A stretch of 59,512 nt of DNA from Clostridiales bacterium UBA1752 (GTDB taxonomy: Bacteria; Bacillota; Clostridia; Oscillospirales; CAG-382). Below the pieces are notes generated by a model. The model was given only the letters and a program-made list of their open reading frames with translations, ran no database searches and was not told where the DNA came from. The stretch's first letter is position 1, and the number at the start of each line of letters is the position of its first letter. The translations under genes and the position numbers were made by a program. The stretch spans positions 1 through 59,512 of the forward strand of contig DCHM01000009.1 of NCBI GenBank assembly GCA_002314835.1. The letters are read 5' to 3'. Below, one piece after another: positions 15,981 through 24,639 of the stretch.

Positions 15981-17423
15981 CTAAAACTTCTTTTTGACTT
16001 CGAGTGCGATTTGTCCGAGCTTTTCGACGGTATTCAGCACGTCCTCGGTCTCGGTATTTGCGCCGATGACGCACATACGTATGACGCGCTTGCCCTTGAG
16101 CACCGTAGTGACGATAAAGGCGTAGCCGCTCGCGGTCAGCTCCTTGGCAATGGCATCGTTGAGAGCGTCGTACTTTGATTCGTCTATTTCCTTAGGCTCG
16201 TATCTAAAGTTAATGGCGCCGCAGCAGGGCTTGACTACGACCTGCCAATCCGGCATGGCTTTGATGGCGGTTTCCGCCTGCTTTGCATTGTAAAACGAAT
16301 AGTCGATAACGTCGGCGAGCAGGTCCGTGCCCATGGCTTGCAGAGTGAACCAGAGCTTTAAGCATCTGGCAGGTCTGCTCATTTCGATGCCGAGGTCCCA
16401 GCCGTCGTTATGGCTTGCCGACCTTACGTCCTCGAGATATTCGGGGTGCTCGTTAAACGCGGTGATAAACTTTTGCTTGTCTCTGACGAGCGCGGTGCTG
16501 CAGGAGTAGGTCTGCATAGCCCACTTGTGAGTGTCCCACGACAGCGAATCCGCCCTCTCGATGCCCTTGGCGAGGTTTTTGTAGATGTCGGAGAATAGTA
16601 TCGAACCGCCGAAAGCGCCGTCAACGTGCAGCCACATACCGTACTTTGCGGCTATGTCGGCGAGCTCGGGCAACGGGTCTATCGAGCCTGTGTTGGTCGT
16701 GCCGATAGAAGCGATGAGCAAAAACGGTTTTTTGCCCTCGTTTTTAGACTTGACGATTTCGGCCTCCAAAAGGTCGAGCCTTATGCGGTAATTGTCGTCG
16801 CTCTCTATCTTGACGCACTGGTCGTTCCTGAGTCCCATCATGCGCATACCCTTGATGATAGAGCTGTGCGCCTGGTCACTGTAAAAGGCAACGCCGTCGG
16901 CGAGGTCGTACCTGCCGGGGAGCTTGTCTTCGCGTGCGGCAATCATACAGGTGAGGTTAGACATCGAGCCGCCCGAAGTAAATATGCCGCCGCAATTTTC
17001 GTCCCAGCCTGCTCTCGAGCCCATCCATTTGATGAGCTTTTCCTCTATGAGCGAAGCGGTGGGAGCGAGTCCGTAGCCTGCAATGTTGGGGTTGTAAATA
17101 TCAGTCAGCACGGCACCTGCTATCGAGTATGGCGAAACGGCGCTCGTGACGAACGCCAAGCTGCGCGGATGCTGGAGGCTGAGGCATTTGCTCAAAACGT
17201 CCTTTACCAGCTCGTCGCCTACGACCTTGGGGTCGCGGCCTGCGCGCGGTATCTCCCACGACATAACGCGCTCGACGGTTTGGCTGTCAACGGCGTCCAT
17301 TATAGGCATATCGCGTATGTCGGCGTTTATCTTAAAAAACTCCTTGAGATAGTCGGCAATCTCGATAACCTGCCGTTCTCTCACCTCGTCCATCTCTTTG
17401 TTATATTTTTGGCGTTCTAACAT
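15981..17423 (-). CDS. Group II pyridoxal-phosphate-dependent amino-acid decarboxylase
   Basis: SGGSMSNL, HVDGAFGG and SWDTHKW (PLP lysine). Its length and layout match aromatic-amino-acid/glutamate decarboxylases. ATG at 17423 has an AGGAG RBS. Confidence 0.88.
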   Translation of the reverse strand: MLERQKYNKEMDEVRERQVIEIADYLKEFFKINADIRDMPIMDAVDSQTVERVMSWEIPRAGRDPKVVGDELVKDVLSKCLSLQHPRSLAFVTSAVSPYSIAGAVLTDIYNPNIAGYGLAPTASLIEEKLIKWMGSRAGWDENCGGIFTSGGSMSNLTCMIAAREDKLPGRYDLADGVAFYSDQAHSSIIKGMRMMGLRNDQCVKIESDDNYRIRLDLLEAEIVKSKNEGKKPFLLIASIGTTNTGSIDPLPELADIAAKYGMWLHVDGAFGGSILFSDIYKNLAKGIERADSLSWDTHKWAMQTYSCSTALVRDKQKFITAFNEHPEYLEDVRSASHNDGWDLGIEMSRPARCLKLWFTLQAMGTDLLADVIDYSFYNAKQAETAIKAMPDWQVVVKPCCGAINFRYEPKEIDESKYDALNDAIAKELTASGYAFIVTTVLKGKRVIRMCVIGANTETEDVLNTVEKLGQIALEVKKKF

Positions 17424-17488
17424 TTTTGTGCTCCTATCATCGGGTTTTTTAATATTGTAGCAGTGTATGGGGTAAAAGTCAAGACTGC

Positions 17489-17517
17489 TTGACATGCATT
17501 TAATAATGTGTTAATAT
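17489..17517 (+). promoter_or_regulatory. Candidate promoter
   Basis: TTGACA, 17 nt, TAATAT. Confidence 0.55.
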
Positions 17518-17544
17518 ATACTAAATAACCTCAGGAGAAACACA

Positions 17545-19059
17545 ATGAAAAAAACATTATCCGTCATAATTTGCGCCGCCATGCTCGCGGCGTTTGCATC
17601 CTGCACCACTACGCAAAATACCGTTTCGGAGGACGTAAGCACCGAAGCAAGCTCTGAAATCAGCCAAACCGTCTCTGAAACGAGCGTACAAGAAAGCGAA
17701 GCAAGCTCAGAAACGAGCACTGCCGAGCAGTCGGTATTTGAGGGCAAGGCACCCGACCGCGAGGGCGGCTCCAAGGTGCTCGTCAGTGAGGGGTGCAGCT
17801 ACACCGCGCTCGGTACAAAGCACGGACAGTATCCCGATGACGGCACAAAGCTGACCGACGGCATATTCGGCGGCGACGCAGGCGTAGGCTATCAGACGAG
17901 CGTCGGCGTATTTGTCATCGACCTCGGTGACACGGTTCACGGCATCGCCGACCTTACCGCCTTGGCAGCAGGTGACACTTGGGGCATAGTAGCCCCGAGC
18001 AAGGCGTCCTACAGCGCCTCTTTGGACGGTCAAAGCTGGACCGCGATAGGCACCTGCGAGGGTGACGACGTAGTAAAGGAAGAGGAATGGGGCGGCTGGA
18101 ATTATTATTACTTTCCTCTAAGCCTCGACGAGAGCGTTTGCGCCCGATATATACGCATAGAGCTGACGGGCGCGGGTATGAACTGGGCTTGGATGCACGA
18201 GATAGCCGTTTGGTCTTACGAGGAGCTCGTAAAAAACGAGCTGCACGAGTTTAACGGCACCGAGGAGCTGTCAAACCTCACGCTCGCCAACCGTGACGAC
18301 GACTCCATGGGCGACAAATACGCGCCCGGGTACTGCGTCCACTCTAACTACGGCTACAACAAAGCCGAAATGAAGTTTGAGCTGTCGCAGGTTGACGCAA
18401 ACAACTACGGCACAAAGGACGGACACGTCACCTGCTACGTATTCCTCGGCATCAGTATCAAAAACGAGCAGGGCTACTGGCAAAACTGCTGTGACGCAGG
18501 CTTTACATACGACGGCGATTCGAAGGGCTGGCACCTGTTTTGGGCAACCGCGACCGACCAAAACGGCAAGCGCGGCTGGGAGTCAAATACCAAGACCTTA
18601 AACCCAAAGCACGACTATCAGCTCGTGCTCGACTCGTCGTTTGAGGACGGCAAGGCAAAGCTGACTGCCATAGATTTGGCAGACGGCAGTGTGGCGGACG
18701 AGCTGACCTTTGACCTCTGGGGCTCAAAAAAGGACGGCTCCAACACCTATTACCTCACCGATATAGCCATCGACTGGGCGGACGAAAAGACCTTAGTCGA
18801 TACCAAAGGCAACCCCACCACCGAGGAAAACTGGATAGAGGTCACCAAGGCAAATATGGGGCAGGGCATCCACCTCAATAACGTGCGCCTCTACGACATC
18901 TCGCTCTACAAGGGCGGCGAGAGATATCTGTGGACAAAAGAGCACACGAGCCACAGAGGCATCTGGTCGGACAAAAATATGCCTTTTTACGTCGAAACGA
19001 CTAAAGTATATAAGATTATTGAGGATTATGAATATATCATCGACCTCGATTTAGGCTAA
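17545..19059 (+). CDS. Lipoprotein with an F5/8 type C (discoidin) domain and an uncharacterised C-terminal domain
   Basis: Lipobox AFASC and a Ser/Glu-rich linker. LTDG...VIDLG...ARYIRIEL...HEIAVW is a discoidin-like pattern. Confidence 0.75.
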   Translation: MKKTLSVIICAAMLAAFASCTTTQNTVSEDVSTEASSEISQTVSETSVQESEASSETSTAEQSVFEGKAPDREGGSKVLVSEGCSYTALGTKHGQYPDDGTKLTDGIFGGDAGVGYQTSVGVFVIDLGDTVHGIADLTALAAGDTWGIVAPSKASYSASLDGQSWTAIGTCEGDDVVKEEEWGGWNYYYFPLSLDESVCARYIRIELTGAGMNWAWMHEIAVWSYEELVKNELHEFNGTEELSNLTLANRDDDSMGDKYAPGYCVHSNYGYNKAEMKFELSQVDANNYGTKDGHVTCYVFLGISIKNEQGYWQNCCDAGFTYDGDSKGWHLFWATATDQNGKRGWESNTKTLNPKHDYQLVLDSSFEDGKAKLTAIDLADGSVADELTFDLWGSKKDGSNTYYLTDIAIDWADEKTLVDTKGNPTTEENWIEVTKANMGQGIHLNNVRLYDISLYKGGERYLWTKEHTSHRGIWSDKNMPFYVETTKVYKIIEDYEYIIDLDLG

Positions 19060-19067
19060 TCTGCCTA

Positions 19068-19096
19068 TTGTTAATGTGATATTTTTATAATATAAT
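19068..19096 (+). promoter_or_regulatory. Candidate promoter
   Basis: TTGTTA, 17 nt, TATAAT. Confidence 0.55.
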
Positions 19097-19129
19097 ATAA
19101 AAAATCGGCAAAAGAAAGCAGGTGAATAC

Positions 19130-20251
19130 GTGTTTGTAACTGTCTGCGTCAGCAACTCCATAGGCATCGTTTTGATGCTGATGGTGCTGATTGTCAACAA
19201 AAGCCTATACCTCAGAGGCAGTAGGCTCAAGAACCTCGTTTATATGATTGCGAGCACGATACTCGCCTGTGCCTGCGATATGGCGGCGTTTGCCCTGGAC
19301 GGCAAAGAGGGCGTATTATACACCGTGCTGATTTACATAGTCAATTCGTGGCTCTTCCTCGCGGTCATCGTCGTTTCCTTCTGCTGGGCGAGGCTGCTCG
19401 CCGAATGCATCGGCGTCAAGATGTCAAAAATATTCCGTACGGTTATTGCCGTAGTATATTCATTTGGACTTTTGATGCTGGTGCTCAATATATTTGAGCC
19501 GATAGTTTTTTCGGCACCGGGCAACGTATATCAGCGCGAAAGATTTTACTGGATATACGTCGCTATCGGCGGCTTTAATATGCTGTACGGCTTGATACTC
19601 TATTACCGCACAAAGGCCAAGGGCGGCTTACTCGTTGAGTTTCCTACCGCGATATTCGTTTTGCCCATGGTGGCAGGCATAACGGTGCAGTCGCTGTTTT
19701 ACGGAGTTTCGGTCATTTGGGTCAGCATTTCCGTATCAATAGTCGGCATGATAAGCAGTATGAAAAACGAGCTTATCTACATCGACCAGCTCACCGGCAT
19801 TTACAACCGTTATTATCTCGAAAAAATCAGGGCAGCTATGCTGCGCGACAGCTCGCTGCAATATACCGGCATAATGATAGACCTCAACGACTTTAAGGGC
19901 ATCAACGACACCTACGGTCACAAGTTCGGCGACAAAGCACTCGTAGATACCGCGGCGATTATCTCAAAAGCAGTCGGCAGCTACGGCAGCGTCATAAGGT
20001 ATGCAGGTGACGAGTTTGTCGTGGTTTTGACGGTTTACGACCCTCATACGATTAACACCCTGCTCGACAGGATAACGAGCGGCTTTGTCGAGTTTAATCA
20101 GCAGACGAGCGAGCCCTACAAGCTTTCGGCGTCGTTGGGCTATCACATTTTCACACAAAAAGGTCAAGAGATTGACGAGTTTATCAACATAATAGACGCC
20201 AAAATGTACGAGAATAAAAACAGGTATCACGAGATAAAAAAGCATATATAA
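19130..20251 (+). CDS. Membrane-anchored GGDEF-domain protein, motif AGDEF
   Basis: About 210 aa of multi-TM N-terminus, followed by IDQLTGIYNRYY...DLNDFKGINDTYGHKFGD...IRYAGDEFVVVL. The GTG start at 19130 is tentative. Confidence 0.8.
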   Translation: MFVTVCVSNSIGIVLMLMVLIVNKSLYLRGSRLKNLVYMIASTILACACDMAAFALDGKEGVLYTVLIYIVNSWLFLAVIVVSFCWARLLAECIGVKMSKIFRTVIAVVYSFGLLMLVLNIFEPIVFSAPGNVYQRERFYWIYVAIGGFNMLYGLILYYRTKAKGGLLVEFPTAIFVLPMVAGITVQSLFYGVSVIWVSISVSIVGMISSMKNELIYIDQLTGIYNRYYLEKIRAAMLRDSSLQYTGIMIDLNDFKGINDTYGHKFGDKALVDTAAIISKAVGSYGSVIRYAGDEFVVVLTVYDPHTINTLLDRITSGFVEFNQQTSEPYKLSASLGYHIFTQKGQEIDEFINIIDAKMYENKNRYHEIKKHI

Positions 20252-20278
20252 AAAGAGAGGCACGCCTCTCTTTTTTTG
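20252..20278. terminator. Terminator hairpin (usable in both directions)
   Basis: AAAGAGAGGC/GCCTCTCTTT, with A-run and T-run flanks. Confidence 0.75.
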
Positions 20279-20288
20279 TTAATCAAAA

Positions 20289-20352
20289 GTTTTAAACGCT
20301 TCTGGATGATTTTTTCTCAGCCACGCGGTGTAGTCATTCCAGTATTTAGCGC
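20289..20352. repeat. Direct repeat copy A: orphan duplicate of the 3' end of gene 21867-22841
   Basis: 62/64 identical to 21874-21937. On the minus strand it still encodes AKYWNDYTAWLRKNHPEAFKTF. Confidence 0.85.
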
Positions 20353-20357
20353 AATTT

Positions 20358-21647
20358 TCACTTTGATATCTGCCAATTACCATACTTATTAGAACCTTCG
20401 CGCTTAATATACTCATTTTCTTTCAGGAATGTCAGTATTTTTCTGACATATCCGTCGCTGATACCGCATTCGGCAACGAGCACTTTTATCGTTGCTTTTG
20501 GATGCTCTTTCAAGTAACCGTAAATCTTTGACTGCGCCTCGTTCATCGGCTTTGACCTTTCTGCCGGTTGCTCTGCAAATTCACGGTTGAACGGAATGAC
20601 GACATTGACAAAATTATCGGTAATATCAAATGCTTGCATTCCGTACTTGCTTATTATCAACGGAATGCCGTGCCCTGTTTGTTCGACATAGCCAAGCTGA
20701 CCGAAGATTTTTTGCAGCTTTGCATTGACCGGTCTTGAAATGCCCTTAAAGAATTCTTCCTTTGTGAGACCGTCTGCAAGTCCGCCCGTAGATATAATCT
20801 CGATTCTATCGCTGAAAATATAGACGGCAGGGGGATTTAGCTGCGACCATTTGGTATGCAGGCAGGCATTTTGCCACGCCTCTTTGAATGCGGCAAAATC
20901 AAACAGCTTTGTTTCTTCTCTTTGATGTGATTTCAAAACAACTTTTGTATCATTGATTGCTTCCATATAACTGAGGACTTGATCCATTGATAAAGCAAGG
21001 CACTTAAATCCGTATTCATTACGCTTTGTTATCTCGCTTTTATCCTTACCTCTGAAGGTTACCACCTTAATGGAAACATTGTTATTATCGGCAAGCAACT
21101 CCGCCATCAGATTAAACTGACCGTTCTTGTTGTAAAAGCCCAAGTTTTGCTCAAATCCGGTTTCATTTACGGTCAAGCCCTTTGTAGCAAATAAGGTCTT
21201 TAATTGCGAAAAAGTCAAGTTTTGATTGTCCGCTGACTGCGTTGCGATAATGTCGCTGTTCTCATTTTCCTGCATGATTTTGCGAAGCTCAATCGGTGAA
21301 AGCTCACGGTCTTCATCCGCCGAACGAATATAGTATCTGCCGAACGCCGAATACGGCTTTTCGCCACCTTGTGCATGAACCTTAATGACATTCTTGCCGT
21401 CAATCAATTCAAGCGTTATTGTCGGAATTATTTGAGGCTTGATAGCGTTTGCAATCGTTTGAGATACATCACGGAGCGTGCTGTCGCCTATTTCCTGACC
21501 GATGACCTCGCCATCATTTTTAACTCCGAAATATACGGTTCCGTCGGAATGCTTATTGAGCATCGAGGAAAGTGAAACAACGCCTTCTTTTAATTCCCCG
21601 GTAGATTTCTTAAATTCAATCGTTTCGGTTTCATGTCCGATTTTCAT
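20358..21647 (-). CDS. AlbA_2 (Schlafen-type) domain + HATPase_c_4-like domain + C-terminal wHTH protein
   Basis: N-terminus ETETIEFKKSTGELKEGVVSLSSMLNKHSDGTVYFGVKNDGEVIG. Middle NACLHTKW...IFSDRIEIISTGGL...EQTGHGIPLI. C-terminal HTH-like segment ATIKVLVAECGISDGYVRKILTFLKENEYI. Confidence 0.85.
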   Translation of the reverse strand: MKIGHETETIEFKKSTGELKEGVVSLSSMLNKHSDGTVYFGVKNDGEVIGQEIGDSTLRDVSQTIANAIKPQIIPTITLELIDGKNVIKVHAQGGEKPYSAFGRYYIRSADEDRELSPIELRKIMQENENSDIIATQSADNQNLTFSQLKTLFATKGLTVNETGFEQNLGFYNKNGQFNLMAELLADNNNVSIKVVTFRGKDKSEITKRNEYGFKCLALSMDQVLSYMEAINDTKVVLKSHQREETKLFDFAAFKEAWQNACLHTKWSQLNPPAVYIFSDRIEIISTGGLADGLTKEEFFKGISRPVNAKLQKIFGQLGYVEQTGHGIPLIISKYGMQAFDITDNFVNVVIPFNREFAEQPAERSKPMNEAQSKIYGYLKEHPKATIKVLVAECGISDGYVRKILTFLKENEYIKREGSNKYGNWQISK

Positions 21648-21674
21648 GCAAACTAACCTCTCTTGCGTGTCAAT

Positions 21675-21712
21675 CTTATTTGCTACTTTATTTTATACCT
21701 TATTTGCTACTT
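21675..21712. promoter_or_regulatory. Two perfect 14-nt direct repeats (24-bp period) plus a palindrome in the cassette promoter
   Basis: CTTATTTGCTACTT occurs at 21675-21688 and 21699-21712. CTACTT-ttgc-AAGTAG at 21707-21722 is centred on the -35. Confidence 0.4.
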
Positions 21713-21718
21713 TTGCAA
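21690..21718 (-). promoter_or_regulatory. Candidate promoter of the AlbA_2 gene
   Basis: On the minus strand: TTGCAA, 17 nt, TAAAAT. Confidence 0.55.
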
Positions 21719-21740
21719 GTAGAAAATAAATAAATTATTT

Positions 21741-21789
21741 CAAAACAAACAGGAGACAGCCGCCAAATCAACGGTTTCTGTCTCCTTTT
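21741..21789. terminator. Terminator hairpin now serving gene 21867-22841
   Basis: Stem AGGAGACAG/CTGTCTCCT, with T-rich flanks on both strands. Confidence 0.6.
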
Positions 21790-21866
21790 CGACTTTTTAT
21801 ATCTTGCCGCCGATATTATCAAATGCTTCCTTTTGTGGCGCCGGAAATCTTAAAGCCGGTTTTTTG

Positions 21867-22841
21867 TCAGAATGTTTTAAACGCTTCGGGGTGATTTTTT
21901 CTCAGCCACGCGGTGTAGTCATTCCAGTATTTAGCGCCCGGCTCGTAGCCCGTGTAGGCTATCGAATCGGGGTTTGTAAACAGACCCTGGAATATAAACA
22001 CCGTCACGCGGTCAACGTAGGGCGAGCAGGCTTCGAGCTGTTTTTGCAGTCTTTCCATACCTGCGGGGATGAGCGGCACGTCGCGGCGGTTGTCGGGTCC
22101 CTCCCACGCAAAGGTCTCGACGTCTGCCCAGAGTGCTCTTTCGGGCACCTTGTCGTGCGCCTTGCGCAGGGTTTCAAAGGCTCTCGCCGACTGCTCGCAA
22201 TCCATGGCAAAGCAGCCTACCGTGTCCTGATAAGCTATGATGTCGGTGTCGAGGCGTGCTATCTGACGGCAATATTCGTCGGTGCAGACTGCGTTTTTGG
22301 TGCCGTAGGGCGCGGTCAAATACTTTGCCTTTGGCGTCAGCTTGCGCGCAAAAGCGGTGGAATCGTTAAAATACTTGACAAACTCCTCGTTAAACAGAGG
22401 ACAGATATAGGCTTCCCACGCCCAATACCAGCCGTAAAACGACGGGTGGTGGCTGTATTTGGCGGCTAATTCCTCGATGATGGTATAGCGTTTTTTGGTG
22501 TTTTCGGGGGTCAAAGTCTCCTCAAAGGTGGTTTCGTTGGTGTAGTCGTTAGAGAGAAACACCTTGACGCCGTATTTGTCGCAGGCGGTCATAACAGCCT
22601 CGAGGGGGTCGGGGCAAACCATCTCGACCTTTTGCGCGACCGACGACTGATAAACGCTGCGATAATCAGATACGCTCGCGCACATAATGATATATTCGTT
22701 GCCGACCGACGCCATATCACGGATAAGCGCGTCCCACTTTGCCGCGGTAAAATTCATGCAGGCGGAGTTCCAATATACGTGGCGTCTGTCACCCCAATAA
22801 ATCGAAAACCACGAGCCTGTGATGGGTTTTGTTATCGACAT
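21867..22841 (-). CDS. DUF4434-like (glycoside-hydrolase-fold) protein
   Basis: 324 aa, cytoplasmic. ITGSWFSIYW...WDALIRDMASVGNEYIIM...VFLSNDY resembles DUF4434 TIM-barrel proteins, recalled from memory. RBS GGAGG. Confidence 0.6.
   Translation of the reverse strand: MSITKPITGSWFSIYWGDRRHVYWNSACMNFTAAKWDALIRDMASVGNEYIIMCASVSDYRSVYQSSVAQKVEMVCPDPLEAVMTACDKYGVKVFLSNDYTNETTFEETLTPENTKKRYTIIEELAAKYSHHPSFYGWYWAWEAYICPLFNEEFVKYFNDSTAFARKLTPKAKYLTAPYGTKNAVCTDEYCRQIARLDTDIIAYQDTVGCFAMDCEQSARAFETLRKAHDKVPERALWADVETFAWEGPDNRRDVPLIPAGMERLQKQLEACSPYVDRVTVFIFQGLFTNPDSIAYTGYEPGAKYWNDYTAWLRKNHPEAFKTF
21874..21937. repeat. Direct repeat copy B (functional 3' end of gene 21867-22841)
   Basis: 62/64 identical to 20289-20352. 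Confidence 0.85.
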
Positions 22842-22972
22842 AATAAATACCTCCGTTTTGTTTTTTTATATTATACCACACAAAAAACAAAAAGGCAACC
22901 GCAGAGTGCGGCATTTGCCTATTGAAATACAAAATAAAACAATATATAATAGCGTATAAAGGGGGTATGTAT

Positions 22973-24532
22973 ATGAAAATAAAAATCTCTGTATGCCTTT
23001 TGATAATAACTCTGCTCTTGGCGTCCTGCACGCAGAGCACCGAGATTTCGGAGGCGGAATCTATCGAAAGCGCGGTCTCCGATACGACGTCAGAGCCGCA
23101 AAAAGAGGACGAGTATATGCAAAACCTTATCGCAAAATGGACCTTTGACAACATAGACGGCGGCGTAGTCAAGGACGTAGCAGGAGGTCACGACGCCACG
23201 GTTGCGGGCAATCCCGAGATAGTCACCGACGGCGAGCACACAGGCATACGCCTCGCGGCGGTCGGCGACCACCTGAGCGTTGACGACTTTGCCGATTTTA
23301 ATTTCGGAGCAACCGACAGCTTTACGCTGACGGCGACCTTTAAGTGGAGCGGCAACCTCGTATATAACTGGGGCTGGCCCTGCATTTTTAACCGCGGACT
23401 TTCGGAAGGTCTGCAGCAGTACGAGTACTACGGCTACTGGATAGACCCTTCGAGTCAGATATTCCAATTCGGCACTACCAACCCAAGCGGCGGCTGTCGC
23501 AATCTGTCTGCCGACAGACCGTTATCGACCGAATGGCACACTGCAAAGATAGTGCAGGACGGCGCAAAAGGCACTATGAAGTGCTATATCGACGACGTAC
23601 TGCTCGCCGAATCACCTGCCATCAGCGCAGACAGCACCGCAGGACTTTTTATAGGCTACAACGGCGCGGATAACGAAGCCTCGCAGTTCCTCGGCATCAT
23701 AGACGAAATCGCGGTTTACAACACGGCGGTCAAGGTCTATGAGCAGCCCAAAAAACTTTACAAGACGACCTCCGATATGGAGTATCACACATACACCTAT
23801 CATTCGGAAATACTGGATACCGACATAGTTTATCCTTACCGCGTTTACTATCCCACCGATTACGATATAAACAGCGACAAAAAATATCCTCTGCTGCTAT
23901 TCCTCCACGGTCACGGCGAAACGGGCACCGACAACGAAACGCAGCTTACGGTAGGCGGCGGCTCGGTTATGCTGATAAACAACCTCATAGAACGCGACAA
24001 CTGCATCATTATAGCGCCTCAGTGTCAGCACGCACCCGTGCAGGTCGAGGGCATAGGCGAATATTCGCCCGAGTGGGTATCATTCGGCGAAAACTGGATG
24101 CAGGGCGCAAGGCAGGACCTGCCCGAAATAGCAGGCGCAGGTATGTACGCCGTGCTCGACATTATGGATATTTACCTGTCGGACGACAAGGTGGATAAGG
24201 ACAGGATATACGTTTCGGGCATTTCGATGGGCGGCTTTGGCACATGGGAAATCATCGCGCGCGAGCCGGATATGTTCGCGGCGGCAATACCGCTGTGCGG
24301 AGGCGGCATCATAAACAGTGCCGAGGACATCAAGGACGTTGCAATCTGGGCATTCCACGGCTTAAACGACGACTGCGTACCCGTCAGCGGCACGCAGGAT
24401 ATGGTGGAGGCGCTCCAAAAGGTCGGCGGCAATATAAAGGCGACTTATTTTGAGGGCGTAGGTCACGCCGTATGGGTCAACGCCTACAATACCGAAGGGC
24501 TTATAGACTGGCTCCTCGAACAGCATAAGTAA
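22973..24532 (+). CDS. Lipoprotein: LamG/concanavalin-like lectin domain + alpha/beta-hydrolase esterase domain
   Basis: Lipobox LLASC. A LamG-like block (WHTAKIVQDG...IDEIAVYN). YPLLLFLHGHGETG and the nucleophile elbow GISMGGFG. Confidence 0.8.
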   Translation: MKIKISVCLLIITLLLASCTQSTEISEAESIESAVSDTTSEPQKEDEYMQNLIAKWTFDNIDGGVVKDVAGGHDATVAGNPEIVTDGEHTGIRLAAVGDHLSVDDFADFNFGATDSFTLTATFKWSGNLVYNWGWPCIFNRGLSEGLQQYEYYGYWIDPSSQIFQFGTTNPSGGCRNLSADRPLSTEWHTAKIVQDGAKGTMKCYIDDVLLAESPAISADSTAGLFIGYNGADNEASQFLGIIDEIAVYNTAVKVYEQPKKLYKTTSDMEYHTYTYHSEILDTDIVYPYRVYYPTDYDINSDKKYPLLLFLHGHGETGTDNETQLTVGGGSVMLINNLIERDNCIIIAPQCQHAPVQVEGIGEYSPEWVSFGENWMQGARQDLPEIAGAGMYAVLDIMDIYLSDDKVDKDRIYVSGISMGGFGTWEIIAREPDMFAAAIPLCGGGIINSAEDIKDVAIWAFHGLNDDCVPVSGTQDMVEALQKVGGNIKATYFEGVGHAVWVNAYNTEGLIDWLLEQHK

Positions 24533-24539
24533 ATAAAAA

Positions 24540-24581
24540 CCGACTGAAAAAGGCAAAAACCTGATTCAGTCGGATTTTTTT
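24540..24581 (+). terminator. Rho-independent terminator
   Basis: Stem CCGACTGAA/TTCAGTCGG followed by A and TTTTTTT. Confidence 0.75.
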
Positions 24582-24639
24582 GGATGGATGAATTGCGCTA
24601 CGCGCATGAATTGTTGCTTCGCAACGTGGATTGCGTTAT

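Larger units (their letters stand above)
20353..21873 (-). mobile_element. Candidate inserted cassette (single cargo gene, no recombinase)
   Basis: The segment lies between the 64-bp direct repeats. It is AT-rich relative to both flanks and carries its own promoter and a terminator. Confidence 0.4.
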
